Below, in pieces: positions 23,853 through 32,000 of a stretch of DNA of 32,000 nt; the stretch's first letter is position 1, and each line of letters starts with the position of its first letter. Source of the DNA: Candidatus Nanoarchaeia archaeon. GTDB lineage: Archaea > Nanobdellota > Nanobdellia > Woesearchaeales > JANQNC01. The position numbers were made by a program, and so were the translations under genes. The stretch spans positions 870,001-902,000 of the forward strand of contig JANQNC010000001.1 in the NCBI GenBank assembly GCA_028279745.1, read 5' to 3'. Under the pieces are notes generated by a model that made no database searches, was not told the origin of the DNA, and saw only the letters and a program-made list of their open reading frames with translations.

Positions 23853-24917
23853 ATGGAAAAACAAGCTTTTGATGAGTTACTTAGAAAATCAGAGACAGTT
23901 TCTTTAAAAGAATTTAATGAGATTAAAGAAGGATTTGGAGATGATAAGCTTTCACGAAACAAACTAGAACAAAGAAGGAGAAAATATGTTAGTGATTCAC
24001 TTCAGAGTATCATTGTAAACTCTAATGTAAGAAAAAGAACTGTTTATGAAAGAAGTTTTACGCCAAGAAAAGCAGGATCCATAAACGAGCTGGAACAACA
24101 GATAGACTCAAGGTTAGATCAAGGGTATGCTTTTGCAAAAGAGTTAGTCGAAGGAGTTTTTGATCAAAACTTGATTGACTTAAACGATTCTTCAGAATTT
24201 GGGGATGACTTTTTACTTCTTAACCACCACTTCAGCCAAGGGATGATATTTACTGAGTTTTATCAATACATAAGCGATTTGGCATGTTTAGATATGTTAG
24301 TAGCAAAAGATGGAATTTTGTTGATGCAATACTTGCATGCTGTGAGCTTAGACGATTCAACAGAACATATGTATATAGTTGCGCCAGAACATGAACGCTT
24401 TGAGGATGCACTTGCCAAGATAACTGGTGGAAAACATTTCATAGAAAGAAAAATAGATAGTGTTGAAAAAGATCAGCCAAGGGGGAGTATTTTTGGACCT
24501 TACCTTAAGGGGAATGAGGTGAGTTTGGAAGCATTAACTGATAGGGACCCAATAAAACCTGTAGAAGCAGGAAAAGTATTTGTTTATGATTTGGTAAATA
24601 GATACTTAAAACACATTGTAAACGCCCAAGATAGACAAGAGTATGGAACTATGGATGCCTTATTCAACAAGTTTGACGAAGAAGTTTTAAAGTTCAGAAA
24701 AGTACCAAAAGACCAAGAGAAATTTGAGATAGAAAAAGCAAGGATGGAGTTAAACTATGGTTTGCTTAAGCATTATTTTAGAGTTGAAGGGTGGAGTTCA
24801 AAGACCACCCAATCTTTTTTTGAGGAGATAACAACATTTGAGAATAATAATCCTGAAACTGTTGAAAAGTTAGATTACGACCCAGTCAAAAGAAGGATGA
24901 GGCTCTTTAGAGAGTAA
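23853..24917 (+). CDS. hypothetical protein
   Basis: It is a 354-aa ORF with coding-like composition. I recognised no motif. Confidence 0.5.
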   Translation: MEKQAFDELLRKSETVSLKEFNEIKEGFGDDKLSRNKLEQRRRKYVSDSLQSIIVNSNVRKRTVYERSFTPRKAGSINELEQQIDSRLDQGYAFAKELVEGVFDQNLIDLNDSSEFGDDFLLLNHHFSQGMIFTEFYQYISDLACLDMLVAKDGILLMQYLHAVSLDDSTEHMYIVAPEHERFEDALAKITGGKHFIERKIDSVEKDQPRGSIFGPYLKGNEVSLEALTDRDPIKPVEAGKVFVYDLVNRYLKHIVNAQDRQEYGTMDALFNKFDEEVLKFRKVPKDQEKFEIEKARMELNYGLLKHYFRVEGWSSKTTQSFFEEITTFENNNPETVEKLDYDPVKRRMRLFRE

Positions 24918-25006
24918 TAACTGATAAGTTAGGAATACTGTTTTCTTTATATTTAATTAAGGTAAAAGTTTAAATAAAAAGTGGGAACCTTAGACTTGGG
25001 GGAAGC

Positions 25007-26350
25007 ATGGTTAAGATGGGATCATTTAAGGTAGGCAAGCCAAACATTTACATATTAACAATATTTTTTGGAGTATTATTGGGAATATTATCTGCGTTTT
25101 CATTTAAGTTATTCATACTTGCGGTTGTATCAATACCTTTACTTGTTTTATTATTCTACAAATTAGAATGGGGGTTGTTTTTGTATTTGTTAATACTGCC
25201 ATTTCATACTGTGCTGCCTTCTATTCCGATAGTTGGAATTAATTTTAGGACACTCTTGGTGTGTTTGATTTTTGTTATTTTCATCATTAAACTATCTTTA
25301 GGCAAGATAAAACTTAGATTTGATAAACTGAGTTTATATGTTGTCCTGTTCTTTCTAACTAACTTATTGTCGCTTGTTTTCACTAAACAGATAACTGAGT
25401 ATGGTATAGATGTTTTGTGGAGATATATTTATGCGATGGTCTTATATTTTTTATTGATACAGATGGTAGACTCTAAAAAATTATTTAAACAGACATTGTG
25501 GGTTCTTGTAACGTCAGGACTGATCTTTTCTTTTGGCGGAATTTTTCAGTTACTTGTTGGAGAAGGGTTGAATGTTGTGGGGGGCGTAGAGTTCTTAATA
25601 GATAATAACCGGTACGTTAGATTAATCATACCTTTAATACCTCTGTGTTTTTTCTTGTCAGGTTCTCAAAAAGAACCCTACAAAAAACTTTTTCTTGTTA
25701 TTGTATTTTTTATCTTAGTTTTTGCGGGGTTGATTGCAGTGTCTAAAGCAGGTCTTTTAGTTATTTTTTTGATGCTATTTTTGATTTTTATTAAGCAAAA
25801 GAACAAGTTAAGGATATTGTTTATTATGTTTGTCTTGTTTTTATTCATGCTTCCTTTTGTTCCAACCACGCTATGGCAGAGAGCGGGAATCTTAGTGGGT
25901 GTAACTGAAGGGATAAAAGGGGTGGATGATAATTCTTTGTGGGATAGAGCCAATATTGTGGTAGGTGGTGTGAGGATGTTTGCGCATAACCCTATTTTGG
26001 GAGTAGGAACGGGGAATTTTCCATCAAGGTATGCAGATTATAAGAATGTTGGTGCAAGACTTGGAGAAAAAGCGGCACATAACAGTTTTCTGAGTATACT
26101 TGCAGAGACAGGCATAGTCGGATTCTTAATTTTTGGCATGATCCTGATTGCATCAATTAAAAATGTGTGCGATTCGAAAAAAATATTTGAAAAAAATAAA
26201 GAGATGCTGGGTTTATCGCAGGGTGTGGAAATAGCATTAGTGGGTTTTTTGGTATTTGCATTTTTTATGACTTCTGAATATGTTTATTCTTTTTGGGTTT
26301 TATTTGCTTTGACAGGTTGTTTGAGAAACATTGCAGAGGCTGAAAAATGA
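25007..26350 (+). CDS. O-antigen ligase / Wzy_C-family polytopic membrane protein
   Basis: It has about 10 or more hydrophobic helices and a periplasmic-loop region with the conserved motif AHNSFLSILAETGIVGFL. Confidence 0.75.
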   Translation: MVKMGSFKVGKPNIYILTIFFGVLLGILSAFSFKLFILAVVSIPLLVLLFYKLEWGLFLYLLILPFHTVLPSIPIVGINFRTLLVCLIFVIFIIKLSLGKIKLRFDKLSLYVVLFFLTNLLSLVFTKQITEYGIDVLWRYIYAMVLYFLLIQMVDSKKLFKQTLWVLVTSGLIFSFGGIFQLLVGEGLNVVGGVEFLIDNNRYVRLIIPLIPLCFFLSGSQKEPYKKLFLVIVFFILVFAGLIAVSKAGLLVIFLMLFLIFIKQKNKLRILFIMFVLFLFMLPFVPTTLWQRAGILVGVTEGIKGVDDNSLWDRANIVVGGVRMFAHNPILGVGTGNFPSRYADYKNVGARLGEKAAHNSFLSILAETGIVGFLIFGMILIASIKNVCDSKKIFEKNKEMLGLSQGVEIALVGFLVFAFFMTSEYVYSFWVLFALTGCLRNIAEAEK

Positions 26351-27303
26351 CTTATTTTATAGTTACGGTGGATGTGGAAGAACAGTTTGAATGGGGTGTT
26401 GATTTTAGAAAAGAGTATGGTGAAGGAGATGTTTCAAATGTTGAAGAACTAATCAAGTTTCAGTTTTTATGTGATGAATATAACGTTAAGCCAACGTATC
26501 TTATAGATTACCCAGTACTTGCAAATAAAAACTCATCATCTGTAATAAAAGAATTGAAGAAGAGAAGATGTGAGCTGGGCACGCATTTACATACTTGGTG
26601 CAACCCTCCATTCGAAGAAGAGATATGTGAACGAAATACTTATGCTGATAATCTAGATATAAGATTAGTAGAAAAAAAGATGAAAGTACTTAATAAAAAA
26701 TTTATAGACACTTTGGGAATGGCGCCTAAGACGTTTAAATCGGGAAGATATGGCATTAATAATAAAATTTTTGGGTTGTTAATCAAACAAGGATATAAAG
26801 TGGATACAAGTGCAGTGCCGTTTAATCCTTCGAAGTATTTTAGCAGATCAAACAAGCTGTATGGCAGGGTGCGCCCTTTTTTTGTCAGGTTAGGCAAAAA
26901 AAGTATTTTGGAGTTGCCAGCAAGTGATGGATTTAACTTTAAAAATTTTAGATTGCTAAGTGAGGATAATCTTTTGATGAATTCTTTGAAAAGAATAAAT
27001 GTTGTCAAGCGAATTAGGTTAAGTCCTGAAGGCCACTCTTACACTGAGCTGAGGAAAATATGCGACGTGCTTATTGCAAAAGATGTGCCTGTACTGCATC
27101 TTGAGCTTCATAGTTCTGATCTTATCGTGGGTGGCGCACCATACGTTAAGAATAAAAAAGAATTGAAAGAGTTTTATGAAAAACTTGAGAATGTTTTTAA
27201 TTACGTAATCAATGTTTTAGGCTGCAACCCCGTGGGTTGTTCTGATGTAAAAATAACTAGAAAAGTTTCTTATTTGGATCTAGACCGTCAAAGTAAATCC
27301 TGA
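26347..27303 (+). CDS. polysaccharide deacetylase-like protein
   Basis: It has an N-terminal FIVTVDVEEQFEW motif and an ELGTHLHTW motif. The start overlaps the preceding stop (ATGA at 26347-26350). Confidence 0.45.
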   Translation: MTYFIVTVDVEEQFEWGVDFRKEYGEGDVSNVEELIKFQFLCDEYNVKPTYLIDYPVLANKNSSSVIKELKKRRCELGTHLHTWCNPPFEEEICERNTYADNLDIRLVEKKMKVLNKKFIDTLGMAPKTFKSGRYGINNKIFGLLIKQGYKVDTSAVPFNPSKYFSRSNKLYGRVRPFFVRLGKKSILELPASDGFNFKNFRLLSEDNLLMNSLKRINVVKRIRLSPEGHSYTELRKICDVLIAKDVPVLHLELHSSDLIVGGAPYVKNKKELKEFYEKLENVFNYVINVLGCNPVGCSDVKITRKVSYLDLDRQSKS

Positions 27304-29113
27304 ACCATAATTCTAATACAACAAGATTCCATAAACTTTGATTTTCTACTGAATTTGGATTGTTAATCTTTTTAGTTAATCTGTTGATGTATTCTTTTTT
27401 GAACAACCCTCTTTTTGCGATAGTCTTATCATCTAAAAATGTAGAAACGTGCTCTTTAAGTTCAGGTATCCACATCCGGGTAGGAACGTCAAAACCTCTC
27501 TTTTTTCTTTTTAGGAGAGAAGGCGGAAGCATTCCTTTCAAAGCCTGTCGGTATATGTATTTTTCGGTACCTCTGTTTACTTTATATTTGAAGGGTATTG
27601 TAAATGAAAAATCAACTATGTCTGAGTCTATCAAAGGCAGGTTTAGGTTAAGTCCTTGAGATCTGGTTGTTCTATCCTGCTTTACTATGTATCCATGTAC
27701 TGCAAGATTATCTAAGCTTTTCAGAAGCAGAAGGTTCTTCATCTTGTTTATTTTGGTGTTGTGGTTTATGTATCGTTTAGTTATTGATGCTTTAGGTTTA
27801 CTTGTCATATCTACCTTTTTTATGAAATCGTTTGAGTATAGTTTTTCTTCATCTTCAGCAAAGTTTGCTTGTCTATTGTAACATCTGATGGGATCGTAGA
27901 ACCTGTCGCAGTGATCAAGCAAGGTCCTAAATTTTGATTTTGGAAGGATAGAAATAAAGGAGGGCGCAAGTTTTCTTCCGATCGGTCCAGGAAAAAATAA
28001 TTTTGAGAACCTCATCCGGTTTGGAACCTCTACATACTCTTCATAACCTCCCCACACTTCATCATTAGTCTCCCCGCTGAAAACATTATTCATTTTTTTA
28101 TCCTTTGTATGTTTGCTCATAACATAATTGGGGACTGTTGCCAGATCTGCCATGGGTTCATCTAATTGCCAAACTATTTTTGGAAACTCTTTCATTATAT
28201 CTGGTTTTATGTTTATTTCTGTGTGTGTTGTACCATAGAATTCAGCAGTTTTTTTTGCACGTTCTAACTCATCAAAACCATAACCTGCAAACCCAACAGA
28301 GAAAGTATTTATTTTGTCTGTAAATTGTCTTAGTAATCCAACAACACCTCCAGAATCAACACCCCCGCTCATAAATGCAGCAACCGGTTCATCTTGCTCT
28401 AGCCTTTCTTCAGTTGATTTTAGTAATAGGTGTCTTAGTTTTTTCGTAAAATATGATTCGGATTTGGTGAAATCCTCTTTGATTATAGTTTGGTAATATC
28501 TTTTTAATTCAATACCTTCTTTTGAAAATTTTAAGTAATGACCAGCAGGAATTTTTTTAATTCCCTCAAACAGTGTGTTGTTTGAGTAGTTGTACCTAAA
28601 TGCTAAAAAGTTCCTCACTGATTCAGGATTGTGATCTAATTTATAGTTTTCATATTTTAATATGCCTTTCTGTTCAGAACAGAAAACAAGCTCTTTATTT
28701 TTATGGTAGTAAAATAAGGGTTTAGTTCCCATCCTATCTTTATACAACAGAAGTCTTTTGCTTTTATCATCCCATAAAGCAAATGAAAAAACACCTTTAA
28801 CCCTTTTGATGAAGTCTTCCCCATATTTTTCGTATAAATGTAAACAGATTTCCAGGTCTGATTTATCATCTAAGTTAATCTCTTTTTTGTTGAAGCATCT
28901 AATGTCCCCAATAATTGTGACTGTTCCTTCTTTATTGGTTACGGGTTGGGTATGTTTTGTGTTTAGTCTAGCATGAAGTGTTATACTCTTATCGTAGAAT
29001 GGTTTACTGTCTTTTTTTCCTGCATGAGAGATAGGTTTTGTCATATCTTTGAAGTTTTTTAAATTTATAGATGGTGTGTTGTTTAAGTCGCAGATGCCCA
29101 TTATAGATGTCAT
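27257..29113 (-). CDS. asparagine synthase (AsnB)-like amidotransferase without the canonical N-terminal Cys
   Basis: The synthetase domain has the PP-loop AFMSGGVDSGGV. The N-terminal Ntn-like domain is recognisable (FALWDDKSKRLLLYKDRMGTKPLFY), but the protein begins MTSIMGICD rather than MCG. Confidence 0.8.
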   Translation of the reverse strand: MTSIMGICDLNNTPSINLKNFKDMTKPISHAGKKDSKPFYDKSITLHARLNTKHTQPVTNKEGTVTIIGDIRCFNKKEINLDDKSDLEICLHLYEKYGEDFIKRVKGVFSFALWDDKSKRLLLYKDRMGTKPLFYYHKNKELVFCSEQKGILKYENYKLDHNPESVRNFLAFRYNYSNNTLFEGIKKIPAGHYLKFSKEGIELKRYYQTIIKEDFTKSESYFTKKLRHLLLKSTEERLEQDEPVAAFMSGGVDSGGVVGLLRQFTDKINTFSVGFAGYGFDELERAKKTAEFYGTTHTEINIKPDIMKEFPKIVWQLDEPMADLATVPNYVMSKHTKDKKMNNVFSGETNDEVWGGYEEYVEVPNRMRFSKLFFPGPIGRKLAPSFISILPKSKFRTLLDHCDRFYDPIRCYNRQANFAEDEEKLYSNDFIKKVDMTSKPKASITKRYINHNTKINKMKNLLLLKSLDNLAVHGYIVKQDRTTRSQGLNLNLPLIDSDIVDFSFTIPFKYKVNRGTEKYIYRQALKGMLPPSLLKRKKRGFDVPTRMWIPELKEHVSTFLDDKTIAKRGLFKKEYINRLTKKINNPNSVENQSLWNLVVLELWFRIYFDGLDPNKKLF

Positions 29114-29247
29114 TTTTTAGATTGATTTAGAGGAATATTATAAAGATTATTATATGTTGTGAGATTATTGGTGCATTTTATAATGGGTGGGTGATGAATT
29201 TTAACGGATAAAAAGGTTAATATAGGAGATGCAATTTTTTTCTGTTT

Positions 29248-29976
29248 ATGGCTAATAAAAAAAATGTAATTATCCTTACTTCAGGCATATCGGGGAGTTC
29301 GGTGCTTGCTTCTTTTATAGCGGGTGCAGGATATTTTATTGGTGATAAAACATTTAAGAAAAAACAGTATGACACGAATGAGAATCTTGAGTTAGTTGAG
29401 TTGAATAAAGAGATAATGTCTGAATCCGGGTTTAATATTGATTACACTATGCACTTTTCTTCCAGGGGAGTGTCTAACATAGATTCATTAAAGTCAACTA
29501 GGCTAGATAAAAAATGCAAGTCTTTTCTTAAAATATTAAAGAATAAACAACCTTGGCTCTGGAAGGATCCTCGTCTTTGGTTGACTATAAGATACTGGAA
29601 GAGATTTCTAAATTTTAAAGAGTGCAAATTTATTTTCTTGACAAGAGACTCTTTACAGGTTTGGGTTTCTGCAGCATTGAAAAGACAGATACAAACATAT
29701 AGCTATTCTAAAAATTACAATGGAGGGATCAACAAGTCATTGCTATCTTTTTTTAAAGAAAACAATCTTGAATATTTGCATATTCATTTTGAGGACTTGC
29801 TTTTACGTCCAGAAAAGAACATAGAAAAGCTTAATGGGTATTTAGGTACTGATTTAACTATTTCAGATCTTAAAAAAGTTTATAATGATCCGCTTTATAA
29901 GAAAAGGAAAAACTTATTTGACTTTATCAAGGCAGTTCTAATTTACTTTAAGAACTACCCTCAACGATACAAGTAG
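29248..29976 (+). CDS. sulfotransferase-family protein (putative)
   Basis: It has a 5'-PSB-like loop (LTSGISGSSVL), a WKDPR motif and a 3'-PB-like segment (IFLTRDSLQVWVS). Confidence 0.5.
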   Translation: MANKKNVIILTSGISGSSVLASFIAGAGYFIGDKTFKKKQYDTNENLELVELNKEIMSESGFNIDYTMHFSSRGVSNIDSLKSTRLDKKCKSFLKILKNKQPWLWKDPRLWLTIRYWKRFLNFKECKFIFLTRDSLQVWVSAALKRQIQTYSYSKNYNGGINKSLLSFFKENNLEYLHIHFEDLLLRPEKNIEKLNGYLGTDLTISDLKKVYNDPLYKKRKNLFDFIKAVLIYFKNYPQRYK

Positions 29977-30094
29977 GAAAGAGATTATTCCTGAGTGGTT
30001 AAACAAAAGGAGGCATTTAAATAGATCGATTGAATATTTTAGAAATATTTATAAGTGATTAGTAAACATTTTAACAATATATGGAGGGGTAATA

Positions 30095-30436
30095 ATGAGG
30101 GAATTTGCATCATCAAAAATACACAAAGCGAACGTAACGCAAGCAGACTTGGACTATGTAGGTTCAATTACTATAGATCAAGATCTGATGGACAAAGCAG
30201 GTCTTATGGAAAACCAGAAAGTGCTGGTTGTAGATAACACAAACGGAGCAAGACTAGAAACTTATGTAATAGTCGGAGAAAGAGGGTCTGGTGTTATATG
30301 CATGAATGGAGCAGCAGCACATCTGATAAAAAAAGGAGATGAAATAATCATAATAGGTTTTGACATTGCAGAAAAACCTGTTGAGATGAAAAACATCTTA
30401 GTAGATAAAGACAACAATTTTGTTCGTTATTTATAA
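30095..30436 (+). CDS. panD: aspartate 1-decarboxylase, pyruvoyl-dependent
   Basis: It has [22 protein letters not shown], which includes the Gly-Ser self-cleavage site, plus [10 protein letters not shown] and [16 protein letters not shown]. It is 113 aa with the SD ggagggg upstream. Confidence 0.9.
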   Translation: MREFASSKIHKANVTQADLDYVGSITIDQDLMDKAGLMENQKVLVVDNTNGARLETYVIVGERGSGVICMNGAAAHLIKKGDEIIIIGFDIAEKPVEMKNILVDKDNNFVRYL

Positions 30437-30452
30437 TTTTTTTATTTAGGGG

Positions 30453-31991
30453 GTGGAGTTTAAGTTGGAGATAAAGTTAATTCAAGATATCTTGAAGTAC
30501 AACGTTACGAGAAATCCTGACAAAACTTGCTGTGTTTTCCCCAGAGATAACGACTCAAGCTTAACTTATTCTGAACTTGATAAGAAATCAAATACTTTTT
30601 CAGGCAACTTAATTGATTTTGGTTTGAAGAAGGGAGATAAAGTGCTTGTAATGACTACAAATCTTCCCGAGTCTTTGATCGTTTATTATGGTATACTCAA
30701 AGTGGGAGGAGTTTTAGTTAATGTAAGTGCGAATTCTTCCGAGAAAGATGTTAAAAGGCTACTGAAAGAGACAGAGGCTAAGCTAGTAATTTATGAGAAT
30801 GTTTTTTCTGATGTTATCAAAGAAGTAAAAAATAGTGAGATGTGTAATTTTATTGGAATAAGAACAACTGATGAAAAGTTGAATATCGATTATAAAACTG
30901 TTAAAGAGAGCGATAAAGAACTTAATGTTGATATTTTAGATGATGATAATACTTTAATACTGTATACTTCTGGATCCACAGGGCTACCAAAAGGGTCTAT
31001 ACTGACACATAAAAACTTTGTCAGTACTGTAAAAAGCATACTTGAACGAGGTTTGTTTAAAGAAGGGGATAAAGCTTATTGTGTACAACCACTTTATTAT
31101 ATTGATCAAACCATATTTTTACATACTCCTTTTATGCTTGGGGGCACAGTATATGTTTCACCAAGATTCAGCAAAACAAACTTTTGGAATGATATAAAGA
31201 GTTATAATATAGATTATGTTTCTACTGTGCCTGTGATGCAGAGGATATTGTTGAAAGAATGTATTGAAGAAGCAAAAGGGCATTCTTTAAGGTTGATGTT
31301 CTCAACAGGACAACATTTACCTTTAGAGCTTATGGAAGAAGTTGAATCAAACTTTGACGTGGGTTTAGTGGATTGTTACGGGATGACTGAAGGGAGCGGA
31401 TTCTCAACGTTTAATCATTTTGATAAAGATAAGAGGAAAAAAGGGTCTATAGGGACAGTATTGAGTTGTTGTGAACATAAAGTTATAGATGAAGAAGGCA
31501 ATGCTCTTGGTGTAAACAAAATAGGTGAAATAATGGTCAAAGGAGACAACCAGATAAAAGGATATTTTAATGATGTTGGATCTTCCTCTGAACTTTTAGA
31601 TGATAAAGGGTGGATGCACACAGGGGACTTAGGATATTATGATGAAGAGGGGTTTTATTATCTGGTTGGAAGAATAAAAAATTTGATAATAAAAGGTGGA
31701 GAGAATATTTCTACTTTAGAGATTGAAGATATGATAAACAGTATTGGGGGAGTTGCAGATTGTTGTGCTGTGCCAATACCTGATGATATTTACGGAGAGG
31801 AGATAGGTTGTTTAGTTGTACTGAAAAAAGATGTTAAATGCAATGAAAAAGAGGTGATCGATTACTGCTTTGAGAAAAAAGGTAAACTAAAAACGCCAAA
31901 AAAAGTGTTTTTTGTGCCTGAGCTGCCAAAAACGGCTTCAGGAAAACACGACTTGGTGAAAATAAAAGAAATGGTATTGAGTTTGATGTAG
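30453..31991 (+). CDS. AMP-dependent synthetase/ligase (adenylate-forming, acyl-CoA-ligase-like)
   Basis: Motifs present are LYTSGSTGLPKG, GMTE, HTGDLGYYDEEGFYYLVGRIKNLIIKGGENI and PKTASGKHD. The track start is the GTG at 30453. The TTG at 30465, about 8 nt after gggggtg, is an alternative start. Confidence 0.85.
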   Translation: MEFKLEIKLIQDILKYNVTRNPDKTCCVFPRDNDSSLTYSELDKKSNTFSGNLIDFGLKKGDKVLVMTTNLPESLIVYYGILKVGGVLVNVSANSSEKDVKRLLKETEAKLVIYENVFSDVIKEVKNSEMCNFIGIRTTDEKLNIDYKTVKESDKELNVDILDDDNTLILYTSGSTGLPKGSILTHKNFVSTVKSILERGLFKEGDKAYCVQPLYYIDQTIFLHTPFMLGGTVYVSPRFSKTNFWNDIKSYNIDYVSTVPVMQRILLKECIEEAKGHSLRLMFSTGQHLPLELMEEVESNFDVGLVDCYGMTEGSGFSTFNHFDKDKRKKGSIGTVLSCCEHKVIDEEGNALGVNKIGEIMVKGDNQIKGYFNDVGSSSELLDDKGWMHTGDLGYYDEEGFYYLVGRIKNLIIKGGENISTLEIEDMINSIGGVADCCAVPIPDDIYGEEIGCLVVLKKDVKCNEKEVIDYCFEKKGKLKTPKKVFFVPELPKTASGKHDLVKIKEMVLSLM

Positions 31992-32000
31992 AATGATAAA

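Noticed and set aside
30055-30237. A 60-aa ORF overlaps the start of panD in another frame.
   Set aside because: It is entirely explained by panD, which has a strong SD and full-length family similarity. The overlapping ORF has no motif.
31993-32000. An ATG right after the ligase stop might be the start of another gene.
   Set aside because: Only 8 nt remain in the window, so it cannot be supported.

Overview
This is an AT-rich, very gene-dense window with short or zero intergenic spacers and several ATGA start/stop overlaps. It reads like a small-genome archaeon (DPANN-like). Supporting signals are pyrB-pyrI, an Ogg2-type glycosylase, a small GTPase plus Zn-ribbon gene pair, a Ygr210/OLA1-type GTPase, TruD, TATA-like boxes about 25-30 nt upstream of starts, and a tRNA without encoded CCA. 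The housekeeping backbone carries five accessory or unusual blocks. (1) A roughly 4-kb tyrosine-recombinase element sits in the 3' end of tRNA-Thr(UGU), bounded by an exact 15-bp direct repeat. It carries a translationally coupled two-gene module (an unknown 203-aa protein plus an Rx4H HEPN protein) and a nucleoside 2-deoxyribosyltransferase-like gene. I consider this module the best candidate for an undescribed conflict system. (2) Directly after it, a zur-znuABC block ends at a third, degenerate copy of the same att sequence, which suggests tandem islands at one tRNA. Its ZnuA has a duplicated His-rich loop flanking an 8-Cys insert, and its ZnuC has a Cys/His tail. (3) A PfkB kinase is followed by a degenerate GGDEF protein and a PocR-GAF-GGDEF protein, which is unexpected in an archaeal context. 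(4) A dapL gene is split by a frameshifting segment rich in short repeats. (5) A surface-glycan cluster contains an O-antigen-ligase-like protein, a deacetylase-like protein, an AsnB-like protein without the N-terminal Cys, and a sulfotransferase-like protein, followed by pyruvoyl-type panD and an adenylate-forming ligase. I saw no rRNA, CRISPR array or transposase. All calls come from reading motifs by eye; no database search was possible.
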